Assembly (NCBI GenBank): GCA_042217695.1
Contig: JBDGSE010000026.1
Span: 2,744 to 15,541, forward strand
DNA from: Candidatus Nanohaloarchaea archaeon
GTDB taxonomy: Archaea > Nanohalarchaeota > Nanosalinia > Nanosalinales > Nanosalinaceae
Length of the DNA stretch: 12,798 bases
Reading direction: 5' to 3'
Below, in pieces: positions 1 through 7,079 of this stretch. Positions within the stretch are counted from its first letter, which is position 1. The number at the start of each line of letters is the position of its first letter. Below the pieces are notes generated by a model. That model did not search any database, was not told where the DNA came from, and worked only from the letters and a program-made list of their open reading frames with translations. A program made the position numbers and the translations under genes.

Positions 1-174
1 AAAGAACCATTCCTTGACGCATACGGAAGAAACAACCTCAAAGAAGACTGGAAAAACAGAAGACAGTACTACGAAATACTTCACGCAACTATGGGACTAA
101 TAGACGGAATAAGAATGGAATCCCAATACCTACAAAAAATAAACAGAGAAGGACTCAAAGAAAATTTAAGATAA
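1..174 (+). CDS. 3' end of a gene running in from the left; probable APH/choline-kinase-like phosphotransferase C-terminus
   Basis: Frame 1 is open to TAA at 172-174: KEPFLDAYGRNNLKEDWKNRRQYYEILHATMGLIDGIRMESQYLQKINREGLKENLR*. The FLDAYG...W..R..YY pattern resembles APH-family C-terminal helices and parallels IYEGY...LYRL in the neighbouring kinase. Catalytic motifs would lie outside the window. Confidence 0.55.
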   Translation, partial: KEPFLDAYGRNNLKEDWKNRRQYYEILHATMGLIDGIRMESQYLQKINREGLKENLR

Positions 175-201
175 ACAATTTTTTCATCCAATACCTCACA
201 T

Positions 202-1122
202 TTATCCTTCTAACTCCTCTTCTATTTCGCTAATATGTGGTTCATATTCTTGAGCTTCTTCTACTGTTAGTTGGTCGTGCTCTATGAAACCTTTCAGTAT
301 ATCAATCAAGGTTTCTAACCTGTAGAGAGATTCGTTCTGATTAAAGGTTTCGTCAAGTTCTCTGACTTCTCTATACCCTTCGTAAATATGTTTTCTGTCT
401 ACTTTTCCTCTTATCCAGAAATTGTTTGCCGCCTTAACTAAATCTCTCTGTCCGTGACTGCTGTGAGCATAGTCGAAGTCCAATATACCTACGATCTCGC
501 CGCCTTCAACCAGTATATTACCCGGATTGTAGTCGTGGTGAACGAAAACAGCCTCGAAATCAGTAGGAATCAATTCTATATACTCTTCTAAAAACCGTTC
601 AGAGACCTCTGCTAACCAATCAATATCTTCTTCTCTGAAGTATTCAAGGTTATCTTCTAAGTTATCTTCTATCCTGCCTTTCAACGAATCGTCAGGAAAA
701 CCTATGACTTCTGGCTCACCGCTTTCCCATTCCCACCATCCAGCCTTATCAAAACTCTGTGAAATGTGAATATATGCCAAGTATCTTCCAGATTCTCTCG
801 TCTTTTCAGGCGTAATGTCACCATTTAGGGTTTCTGCCTTCAGGTCCTCAACAATAATGTAGTGGCTGGAATCGTATTCTCTGACCTCTTCAGTAACTAT
901 TTGAGGTACAGGCACTCTGATATCTTGGAAGTATTGGAAACAGTTGAGATTGTTCTCCATCTCGTGAGCCTCCGTGCTCTCATTAACCTGTAAAATATAG
1001 CTCTCTTCTCCATATTTCAGTCGGAGAGTCTTGTTCATAACCCCTCCAACAATTTCTTCTATGGAGTCAGGTTCTTCTCCAAATTCTCTTTCAGCTACTT
1101 CGTTGACTTCAGATAGCTTCAT
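202..1122 (-). CDS. Aminoglycoside phosphotransferase (APH)/kinase-like family protein, 306 aa
   Basis: Brenner motif HHDYNPGNILV, metal-binding GILDFD, N-terminal GGVMN loop, downstream GQRDL. Start reassigned to ATG at 1122 (MKLSEV), which overlaps the upstream TGA as ATGA. Confidence 0.88.
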   Translation of the reverse strand: MKLSEVNEVAEREFGEEPDSIEEIVGGVMNKTLRLKYGEESYILQVNESTEAHEMENNLNCFQYFQDIRVPVPQIVTEEVREYDSSHYIIVEDLKAETLNGDITPEKTRESGRYLAYIHISQSFDKAGWWEWESGEPEVIGFPDDSLKGRIEDNLEDNLEYFREEDIDWLAEVSERFLEEYIELIPTDFEAVFVHHDYNPGNILVEGGEIVGILDFDYAHSSHGQRDLVKAANNFWIRGKVDRKHIYEGYREVRELDETFNQNESLYRLETLIDILKGFIEHDQLTVEEAQEYEPHISEIEEELEG

Positions 1123-1733
1123 TTTGGACGACCCACATAACACTCTATTTCTTCCGAACCGTTAGCTATTATTTTGGCAATCGTTCTATGGTTTCCATCG
1201 TTAATCATTCCCCAAGTATCCTCTATATCCCAGTCCTCCTCTCCGTGTACCTTATTCATTCTATCTCGTTTACTTGACCTGCTTCCTGGAGTTATGACCC
1301 ACGGCGGAAATTCATTCAAGATTTCAGGTACTTTACTTAAACTTCTGATATACTTCACACTCCTGTAGTCCTCTGGATCGGCTTTCTTCACCCATTCTAC
1401 GACCTCTGGTAGTGTGCCTGTCATTACTTCTGGAGGCAAGTCGCCAGCACGGGGCAGAGTCGTCCCTAACTTCTCCATTTTTACAGTTTCTTTCGTCCAC
1501 GAATGTTCTTTGAATACTTCCAATCTGTATTCTGGGTTGCTGTCTAACTCCTGTAAACGATTTAATTTCTCCTCAAACCTGTAGTCTTTCTCTTGGTATT
1601 CCTGCCTGACTTTTTCCACTATTTCTTTCAGTTCCTCTCCGTCAGGAGAGCCCTCCATTATCTTTTTCTGGATATCTTGTTGTTTACAGAGTTCCCACAG
1701 AAGATAGTTATCAATAGCTTTTTCGTCAGTCAT
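1119..1733 (-). CDS. Hypothetical protein with C-terminal ParB/sulfiredoxin-like motif, 204 aa
   Basis: PPWVI...GMINDGNHRTIAKIIANGSEEIECYVG matches the ParB/Srx P-x-V...DGxHR..A....G...hxh pattern. Likely start ATG at 1733 (MTDEK). Confidence 0.65.
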   Translation of the reverse strand: MTDEKAIDNYLLWELCKQQDIQKKIMEGSPDGEELKEIVEKVRQEYQEKDYRFEEKLNRLQELDSNPEYRLEVFKEHSWTKETVKMEKLGTTLPRAGDLPPEVMTGTLPEVVEWVKKADPEDYRSVKYIRSLSKVPEILNEFPPWVITPGSRSSKRDRMNKVHGEEDWDIEDTWGMINDGNHRTIAKIIANGSEEIECYVGRPK

Positions 1734-1766
1734 AAGAAACACGTTATTATTAGAGAATTATAGGGT

Positions 1767-1941
1767 TTAATCCTCCTCGTTTAGAAAATCCCTTATTTCG
1801 TCCTCTGTAAATTCTCCTTCCACCGGTTGGACTGGTTCAAGGCCGGCTTCAGTTTCTCTGGCAAGATAAACTGCCAAGACGGGTTCAGAATTTTTCGTTG
1901 TTCAAATGTAGTTCTCGTTCTTTGTCGTGTATGTCGGTCAT
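1767..1941 (-). pseudogene. Small acidic protein gene broken by a 1-nt frameshift
   Basis: ATG at 1941 gives MTDIHDKERELHLNNEKF*; the +1 frame continues NSEPVLAVYLARETEAGLEPVQPVEGEFTEDEIRDFLNEED* to TAA at 1767. Removing one A from the A5 run (T5 at 1891-1895) gives a 57-aa acidic ORF. SD-like GGAGGT/GAAGGAG lies upstream (1953-1966). Confidence 0.5.
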
Positions 1942-2021
1942 ATTGTGTCCAACTCCTTCAACCTCCTGTTATAAACACGGGGGAAAGGGGGGGGACAAAT
2001 CGACCGAACAAGTTGTAGGAA

Positions 2022-2072
2022 TTGCAGGGATGAGGATTCGAATGCGAAGTTTGTGCTTCTATGTTCGAATCC
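2022..2072. repeat. Degenerate copy of the tRNA-Leu 3' end overlapping an inverted repeat
   Basis: ttgcagggatgaggattcgaa (2022-2042) matches ttgcggggacgaggattcgaa (2091-2111) at 19/21. ggattcgaa (2034-2042) and ttcgaatcc (2064-2072) form a perfect 9-bp inverted repeat with an inner gaag/cttc stem. Confidence 0.8.
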
Positions 2073-2091
2073 GGAGTAAAGCAAACCTGTT

Positions 2092-2174
2092 TGCGGGGAC
2101 GAGGATTCGAACCCCGGAACCTCTATAGGACAGGATCCTAAGTCCTGCGCCTTTGACCACTTGGCTATCCCCGC
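2092..2174 (-). tRNA. tRNA-Leu (anticodon TAG)
   Basis: GCGGGGA/TCCCCGC acceptor stem, GCC/GGC D-stem, CAGGA-CT-TAG-GA-TCCTG anticodon arm, variable arm CCT-ATAG-AGG, GGTTCGAATCC T-loop, discriminator A. CCA not encoded. Confidence 0.97.
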
Positions 2175-2384
2175 ACAGTGCAACTCTACCTCAAAGGGGC
2201 TGGCAATCACCATCCTGGCTACCTCCGCACCCCAGTGTCGGTCGCAGAGCCCGAAAACCATGCAAAAAGCACGGCTTTCGACAGCATAACTGGTTGGGCG
2301 GGTAACAGTTTTTAATCTGTCACAGCCAGAATTCATAAACGGATTTAAACGTTCGAGCCGGGGATTTTTTCTAGGGGAAGAGCC

Positions 2385-3020
2385 TTGCTTGAATACAACG
2401 GCTTCGATATCTTCTGGGACGGACATGCATCTGTCCGCGTGGTTGATGACGGGTTCACAGTGGCTGTAGACCCCTGTTCAGAGGTGTCGCCGGATTTCAC
2501 CGCGGACCTGATACTTCTGACCCATGACGATGAGGGACACTACGATAGAGAGAAAATCGAAAGCGTGGCGAAGGAAAGGACATGTGTGGTTGCCCCGCAG
2601 TCGATGGAGGACAGAGATTTCCCGGTGGAGGATGTCGAGTTCATCACAGAGGGCGAGTATCTTGACGTTTTCGGGATAGAGATCGAGGGAGTCCCGATGT
2701 ACAACGAGGAACATCCGCGGGGCGAAGGTGTCGGTTACCGGTTCGTGATGCGTGGCAACAGTTTCTACGTGGCAGGGGACACGGGGCTCTACAGGGAGGC
2801 CATAGAACTGGAGAACCGTGTGAACGTTGCATTCATACCTGTAGACGGTGTCGAGACCATGGACATCGAGGACGCTGTGAGACTGAGTGTGAAGGTCAAA
2901 CCCGACATAGTGGTGCCTTACCACTACGGAGAACCGTTCTTTGACACGGATTCAGATACTCAGGCATTCAGGGCCGAACTCGAGGACCGTAGTCTTCGGT
3001 GCGAAGTCCTGGAGGGCTGA
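2385..3020 (+). CDS. MBL-fold metallo-hydrolase (UlaG/UPF0173-like), degenerate metal motif
   Basis: GHASV, VAVDP, THDDEGH (in place of HxHxDH), YVAGDT, AFIPV.G..TM, VVPYHYG. TTG start is uncertain. Confidence 0.85.
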   Translation: MLEYNGFDIFWDGHASVRVVDDGFTVAVDPCSEVSPDFTADLILLTHDDEGHYDREKIESVAKERTCVVAPQSMEDRDFPVEDVEFITEGEYLDVFGIEIEGVPMYNEEHPRGEGVGYRFVMRGNSFYVAGDTGLYREAIELENRVNVAFIPVDGVETMDIEDAVRLSVKVKPDIVVPYHYGEPFFDTDSDTQAFRAELEDRSLRCEVLEG

Positions 3021-3061
3021 TAACCCAAATTGACTTAACTGTGTTCTACGTATTTTAACCC

Positions 3062-3964
3062 GTGATGAACTCTCTCAAGCCAGCTGCTGTCTTAACAGCG
3101 GCCGTCATGGTGCTCGGCGGTGCCGCGGCCGCACCGAACCTGAATAACCCTGGAAAAACGCCTGGAGACACCCTTTATGGGCTGGACCGGGCGATGGAGG
3201 CGTTGAGCCTTGCACTTACCTTCAGCAAGAAGGCAAGAGTGAACAAAACCCTTGAATTTGCCAGGGAACGGCTGGCGGAGGCCAAACAGCTCCAGGAGAG
3301 GAACAGGACCCGGCTGGCCAACCGTTCTGTCGAGAGCTACCAGGAGACGATACAGAAAGCCCGTCGGATCGGCGAATCCGTCTCCCAGGCAGCGAAGCAG
3401 CAGAACATCAACGCTGTTATATCCAACGCGACGATGGCGCACGCAAGAGTCCTGAACCAGGCACGGGTAGTAACCGGCGAACCACTCTACCAGGCAAAGC
3501 TGAAGGCCGAGAACGTTGCCGTGGGACTGGAGACCAACGCGGTTCAGAAGGCCAGGAAACAGGCAGAAGTCCTGCAGCACAGGGTGAACGAGACCGTGTT
3601 CCTTGCGGACACGAACCGGACGCAGGCGATCGAGAGAACGATGACCCGTTACCAGCGGGAACTCCAGAAGATGCAGGAGATCGCAAACGTCTCGGACAAC
3701 CGGACCCGGATGCGTGTACAGGCGATAGTGGCGAACGCCACGCAGAGACACATCAAGGTGCTTGAACGTGTGAGGGAACGGGTCCCCGAAGAGGCGATGC
3801 AGGGCATCAAAAACGCCCTGGAGAACGCGAGGAACGGTCATCAAAACGCGGTCGCCGCCTTCAGGAAGGCGAGGGATGCAGTGAAGAAGATGCCTGGCGG
3901 CCTGCCCGGCGAGAAAGCTCCCGGGAACATGAACCGGACAACTGGTCGGGGCGCGGCGGCCTGA
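3062..3964 (+). CDS. Secreted, basic, helical DUF5667-like protein with an internal duplication
   Basis: Hydrophobic signal peptide (KPAAVLTAAVMVLGGAAA). TPGDTLYGLDRAMEALSL...ERLAEA resembles DUF5667, with a second copy TGEPLYQAKLKAENVAV...HRVNET. Start is GTG 3062 or ATG 3065. Confidence 0.75.
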   Translation: MMNSLKPAAVLTAAVMVLGGAAAAPNLNNPGKTPGDTLYGLDRAMEALSLALTFSKKARVNKTLEFARERLAEAKQLQERNRTRLANRSVESYQETIQKARRIGESVSQAAKQQNINAVISNATMAHARVLNQARVVTGEPLYQAKLKAENVAVGLETNAVQKARKQAEVLQHRVNETVFLADTNRTQAIERTMTRYQRELQKMQEIANVSDNRTRMRVQAIVANATQRHIKVLERVRERVPEEAMQGIKNALENARNGHQNAVAAFRKARDAVKKMPGGLPGEKAPGNMNRTTGRGAAA

Positions 3965-4006
3965 TCCCGAAAAGTTTCTAACATTTCTCTTCTCTTTTAT
4001 TTCCAG

Positions 4007-4696
4007 GTGACTGTGATGAGAGGTTCCGCCAGTTTTGACTCGGTCGAGGTCGAGTGGTTAAACCATGCAAGCTTCAAGCTGAAGGATTCCGACGGTTTCG
4101 TGGTCTACGTGGACCCGTGGAGCGATTTTCTCGAGGGAGACGAGGAGAAGGCCGACGCGATAATATCCACGCACGACCATTTCGACCACTTCGACAAGAA
4201 GGCGATCCAGAGCCTGAAAAAGAGGGATACCGTCCTGGTCTGCACCAGCGAGTCGGAGGACGAGGTGCCGGAGGATCTCAGCTACAAGGTCATCGAGCCC
4301 GGTAGAAGCGTGAAGGCGCACGGCCTCCGCGTTAAAGGCGTGCATGCCTACAACATCGACAAGTTCCGGGAACCGGATACCCCCTACCATCCAAAGGGCT
4401 TCTCTACAGGCGTCATCTTTGAACTGGACGGCACCCGGTTCTACCATGCCTCTGACACGGACCCGATACCGGAGATGGAGTCTCTACCTGAAGACATCGA
4501 TGTCGCGTTCCTGCCCGTGGGTGGCAAGTACACGATGGACCAGGAAGAGGCCGTCGAGGCAGTGAAGAAGATCAAGCCGGGTAAAGTGGTGCCGATGCAC
4601 TACGGCTATATAGACGAGACGACGGCCGACCCGGAAAAGTTCAGGAGCGATGTGGCGGAAGAAACAGGTTCAGAGGCTGTTGTACTCGAGGACTAG
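4007..4696 (+). CDS. MBL-fold metallo-hydrolase (UlaG/UPF0173-like)
   Basis: NHASF, VYVDP, canonical THDHFDH, YHASDT, AFLPVGGKYTM, VVPMHYG. Start may be ATG at 4016. Confidence 0.9.
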   Translation: MTVMRGSASFDSVEVEWLNHASFKLKDSDGFVVYVDPWSDFLEGDEEKADAIISTHDHFDHFDKKAIQSLKKRDTVLVCTSESEDEVPEDLSYKVIEPGRSVKAHGLRVKGVHAYNIDKFREPDTPYHPKGFSTGVIFELDGTRFYHASDTDPIPEMESLPEDIDVAFLPVGGKYTMDQEEAVEAVKKIKPGKVVPMHYGYIDETTADPEKFRSDVAEETGSEAVVLED

Positions 4697-5142
4697 AAAC
4701 CGGCGAATATCCGGAGGAAGAAGAACTTGAGCCTGTTGAAAGCTCCGTGAACCCTGTAGTCTATGGCCCCGGACTCGAGCTTGGCACGGAGGGTCCGGGC
4801 CGGGTTCGCTGAATTCAGTATCGACTCCACCGTTTTCATCGAGGTGTTGACCTCCAGGGTCGGGTTTTCAACCCGGGTATCATTTATCCTCGCTATCTTC
4901 ACGCCCTTCATCACAACTCCAAGCACCAGGTCCTCCCTACCCTGTCGCGTGATCTCGACGTTTATCCTCTGGTCGCCGATAAGAGAACGCACGATTCCAG
5001 GGAGTTTGGCCGTATTATTGTTGAACTCCTCGGCGTACTGGGGCAAATGTTCCAGGTTTAGCGCCCTGCTGGATCCTGCGGTGAAGCCAGCCACCGTGCC
5101 TGTCAGAAGCACCAGTGTGACCGCAGCGGCCAGTTTCTTCAT
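4693..5142 (-). CDS. Secreted/membrane-anchored basic hypothetical protein, possibly SCP2-like fold
   Basis: MKK plus hydrophobic signal peptide; beta-rich middle followed by PTLEVNTS..TV..IL.S.NP...L.....SG.I.Y...G; aromatic C-terminal tail. TATA-like TTTAAA about 25-30 nt upstream. Confidence 0.7.
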   Translation of the reverse strand: MKKLAAAVTLVLLTGTVAGFTAGSSRALNLEHLPQYAEEFNNNTAKLPGIVRSLIGDQRINVEITRQGREDLVLGVVMKGVKIARINDTRVENPTLEVNTSMKTVESILNSANPARTLRAKLESGAIDYRVHGAFNRLKFFFLRIFAGF

Positions 5143-5180
5143 GGTAAAAGAATAAGCCTGGAGGTATTTAAACGAAGCCC

Positions 5181-6905
5181 CTACTTTACGGTGACGCTTT
5201 TCGCCAGGTTACGGGGCTTGTCCGGGTTGTTGCCCTTCTTCACGGCGGTGAGGTAGGCCGCCATCTGGAACACCACGCCCTCCAGTATCTCGGGGTTCCT
5301 GTCGTTCGGTATCTCGACATGGTGGTCAAAGTCGTCGACTCTCCGGGGTCCGACCGCGATTATCTCGGCGCCGCGGGACTCGGCCTCCTTGGCGTTGGAG
5401 TATATCTCTTCGAAGCCGGTATCCTTCATGAATGCCACTACTGGGGTTCCCTCTTCCACCAGTGCGATGGTCCCATGTTTGAACTCGCCTCCCGGGAAAG
5501 CCTCCGAATGGACGTAGGAAACCTCCTTGAGTTTCAGAGAGGCCTCCCTGGCTATTTCAACTCCTTTGTGCCGGCCGATGAAGTAAACGTGTTCCTGTCC
5601 GGCGAAGTAATCGCTTATCTCCTCCAGAGTCTCCTCGTTGTCCTCAAGCGTCCCTGGAATCCTTTCTGCAGTTCTCAACAGCGCGTCCCGGCCCTCATCG
5701 ATCCGGCCTTCTGCAGCGTATTTCAGGAGGTTGAGAACGGTCAGCTGGGCGGTGAACGCCTTGGTGGATGCAACAGCTATCTCGGGACCTGCATTGACGT
5801 ATATAACGTGGTCCGAGTCTCTCGCAAGAGTGGAACCAACCACGTTTACAAGCGAGAGCAGCGGTGCCTCGGTCTCCTCCAGCATCGAGAGAAGGTCCGC
5901 GGTCTCCCCGCTCTGGCTTATCGCTATGACGAGGTCGTCTTCGGAGATCTCGTCCGCCCGGTATTCGAGTTCGTGGCTCTGCTCTGTAACCACATCGTAC
6001 CCTGCCTTTCTCAGGTACTTGGCTCCCAGAGACGCCGCGTAGCTGGAGGTGCCGCACCCTGTCACGTATATCCTGTCCGCGTCATCCATCATCTCCACGG
6101 CCTCCCGCAGGTCTGACTCGTCCTGGAAGGCCGCGCGTTTCACGGTCTTGGGCTGTTCCTTTATCTCCTTCTGCATGAAGTGGTCGTGCCCCTCCTTCGA
6201 GGCCTCTTCGGCGTCCCACTCTATCTCTGTTGTCTCCCTCTCCACGGGTTCGCCCGAGTTGTATATCTCGTGGCCGTCGTCGATGACCACGAGGTCTCCG
6301 TCTTCGAGGAACACTGCCCTGTCGGTGTGTTCCAGGAAAGGTGTTACATCGGATGCCAGGAATATCTCGTCGCCGGCCAGTCCAAGGCTAAGCGGAGAAC
6401 CCTGCCTGAAAGCGACCAGTTCCCCTGAATCAAGAACCGCCACTACCGCGTAGGAGCCTTCAAGGGCATCCATGGTTCGTTGTGCGGCCTCCTTCAGGGA
6501 GTCCGATTTCTCCAGTTCACGTTCAAGCAGATGAGGTATCACCTCGGTATCGGTTTCTGAACGGAAGCTGTGGCCTTCCAGCTCCTCCTTGAGCGACTCG
6601 TAGTTGTTTATTATGCCGTTATGGACCACTGCGATGCGTTCCTCGCAGTCCATGTGCGGGTGTGCGTTTGTCTGGTTGACCTCGCCGTGGGTCGCCCAGC
6701 GGGTGTGACCGATTCCCGAGCTCCCATCCAGTTCAGGCTGCGTTACCTCATCGATCGTGCCGACGCCTTTCTCGACCTTTACAGAAGGGTTTCCGGCGGT
6801 GGCGATCCCTGCAGAGTCGTAGCCCCGGTACTCAAGTTTCTTCAGCCCCCGGAAGACTTTCTCGGCGGCCTCGTCCTCACCATGGTAACCGACTATCCCA
6901 CACAT
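5181..6905 (-). CDS. glmS: Glutamine--fructose-6-phosphate aminotransferase (isomerizing)
   Basis: MCGIVG N-terminus, LEYRGYDSAG, GHTRWATHG, HNGIINN, SETDTEV, SQSGETAD, AVASTKAF, LKLKE, GEFKHG and C-terminal PRNLAKSVTV. Confidence 0.98.
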   Translation of the reverse strand: MCGIVGYHGEDEAAEKVFRGLKKLEYRGYDSAGIATAGNPSVKVEKGVGTIDEVTQPELDGSSGIGHTRWATHGEVNQTNAHPHMDCEERIAVVHNGIINNYESLKEELEGHSFRSETDTEVIPHLLERELEKSDSLKEAAQRTMDALEGSYAVVAVLDSGELVAFRQGSPLSLGLAGDEIFLASDVTPFLEHTDRAVFLEDGDLVVIDDGHEIYNSGEPVERETTEIEWDAEEASKEGHDHFMQKEIKEQPKTVKRAAFQDESDLREAVEMMDDADRIYVTGCGTSSYAASLGAKYLRKAGYDVVTEQSHELEYRADEISEDDLVIAISQSGETADLLSMLEETEAPLLSLVNVVGSTLARDSDHVIYVNAGPEIAVASTKAFTAQLTVLNLLKYAAEGRIDEGRDALLRTAERIPGTLEDNEETLEEISDYFAGQEHVYFIGRHKGVEIAREASLKLKEVSYVHSEAFPGGEFKHGTIALVEEGTPVVAFMKDTGFEEIYSNAKEAESRGAEIIAVGPRRVDDFDHHVEIPNDRNPEILEGVVFQMAAYLTAVKKGNNPDKPRNLAKSVTVK

Positions 6906-6934
6906 GACTACAGGAAACTAATTGTCCTCATCCC

Positions 6935-6948
6935 TTATAAATACTTTC
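6935..6948 (-). promoter_or_regulatory. BRE/TATA box of glmS
   Basis: Minus strand GAAAGT-ATTTATAA about 30 nt upstream of the glmS ATG, typical archaeal spacing for a leaderless or short-leader mRNA. Confidence 0.6.
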
Positions 6949-7044
6949 TGAAAGTGCCGAAAACCGGTACAAGAGACGTTGTAACGGTTCCGGGCAAACC
7001 CCTTAATACTGGTGGTTCTACCGACCTGGAAAAGGGAAAGCTGT

Positions 7045-7059
7045 AAAAAAGTTTTTATA
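7045..7059 (+). promoter_or_regulatory. BRE/TATA box of the ArsR-type regulator
   Basis: AAAAAAG-TTTTTATA ending about 21 nt before ATG 7080. Confidence 0.6.
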
Positions 7060-7079
7060 CTGGTTTAATCCAGGTTACA

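Larger units (their letters stand above)
1..2090. mobile_element. Right edge of a putative low-GC genomic island at the tRNA-Leu 3' end
   Basis: The AT-rich block (line 241: 22/60 GC; compare line 5221: 39/60) ends at the tRNA 3' end, with a degenerate tRNA 3'-end copy at 2022-2042. No integrase in the window. Confidence 0.55.

Noticed and set aside
202..1122. Antibiotic-resistance call for the APH-like gene
   Set aside because: The fold motifs do not indicate substrate; most APH-family members are not resistance enzymes.
1979..1994. G-rich run GGGGGAAAGGGGGGGG as a G-quadruplex or phase-variable switch
   Set aside because: Only two G tracts, intergenic, and nothing else supports a function.
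1938..2426. 162-aa minus-strand ORF and small ORFs at 1827-2128
   Set aside because: They run through the tRNA-Leu gene or its flanking repeat, have non-halophilic composition and show no motifs.
6906..7079. glmS ribozyme upstream of glmS
   Set aside because: The TATA box is only about 30 nt from the ATG, leaving no room, and no structured element is visible; that ribozyme is bacterial.
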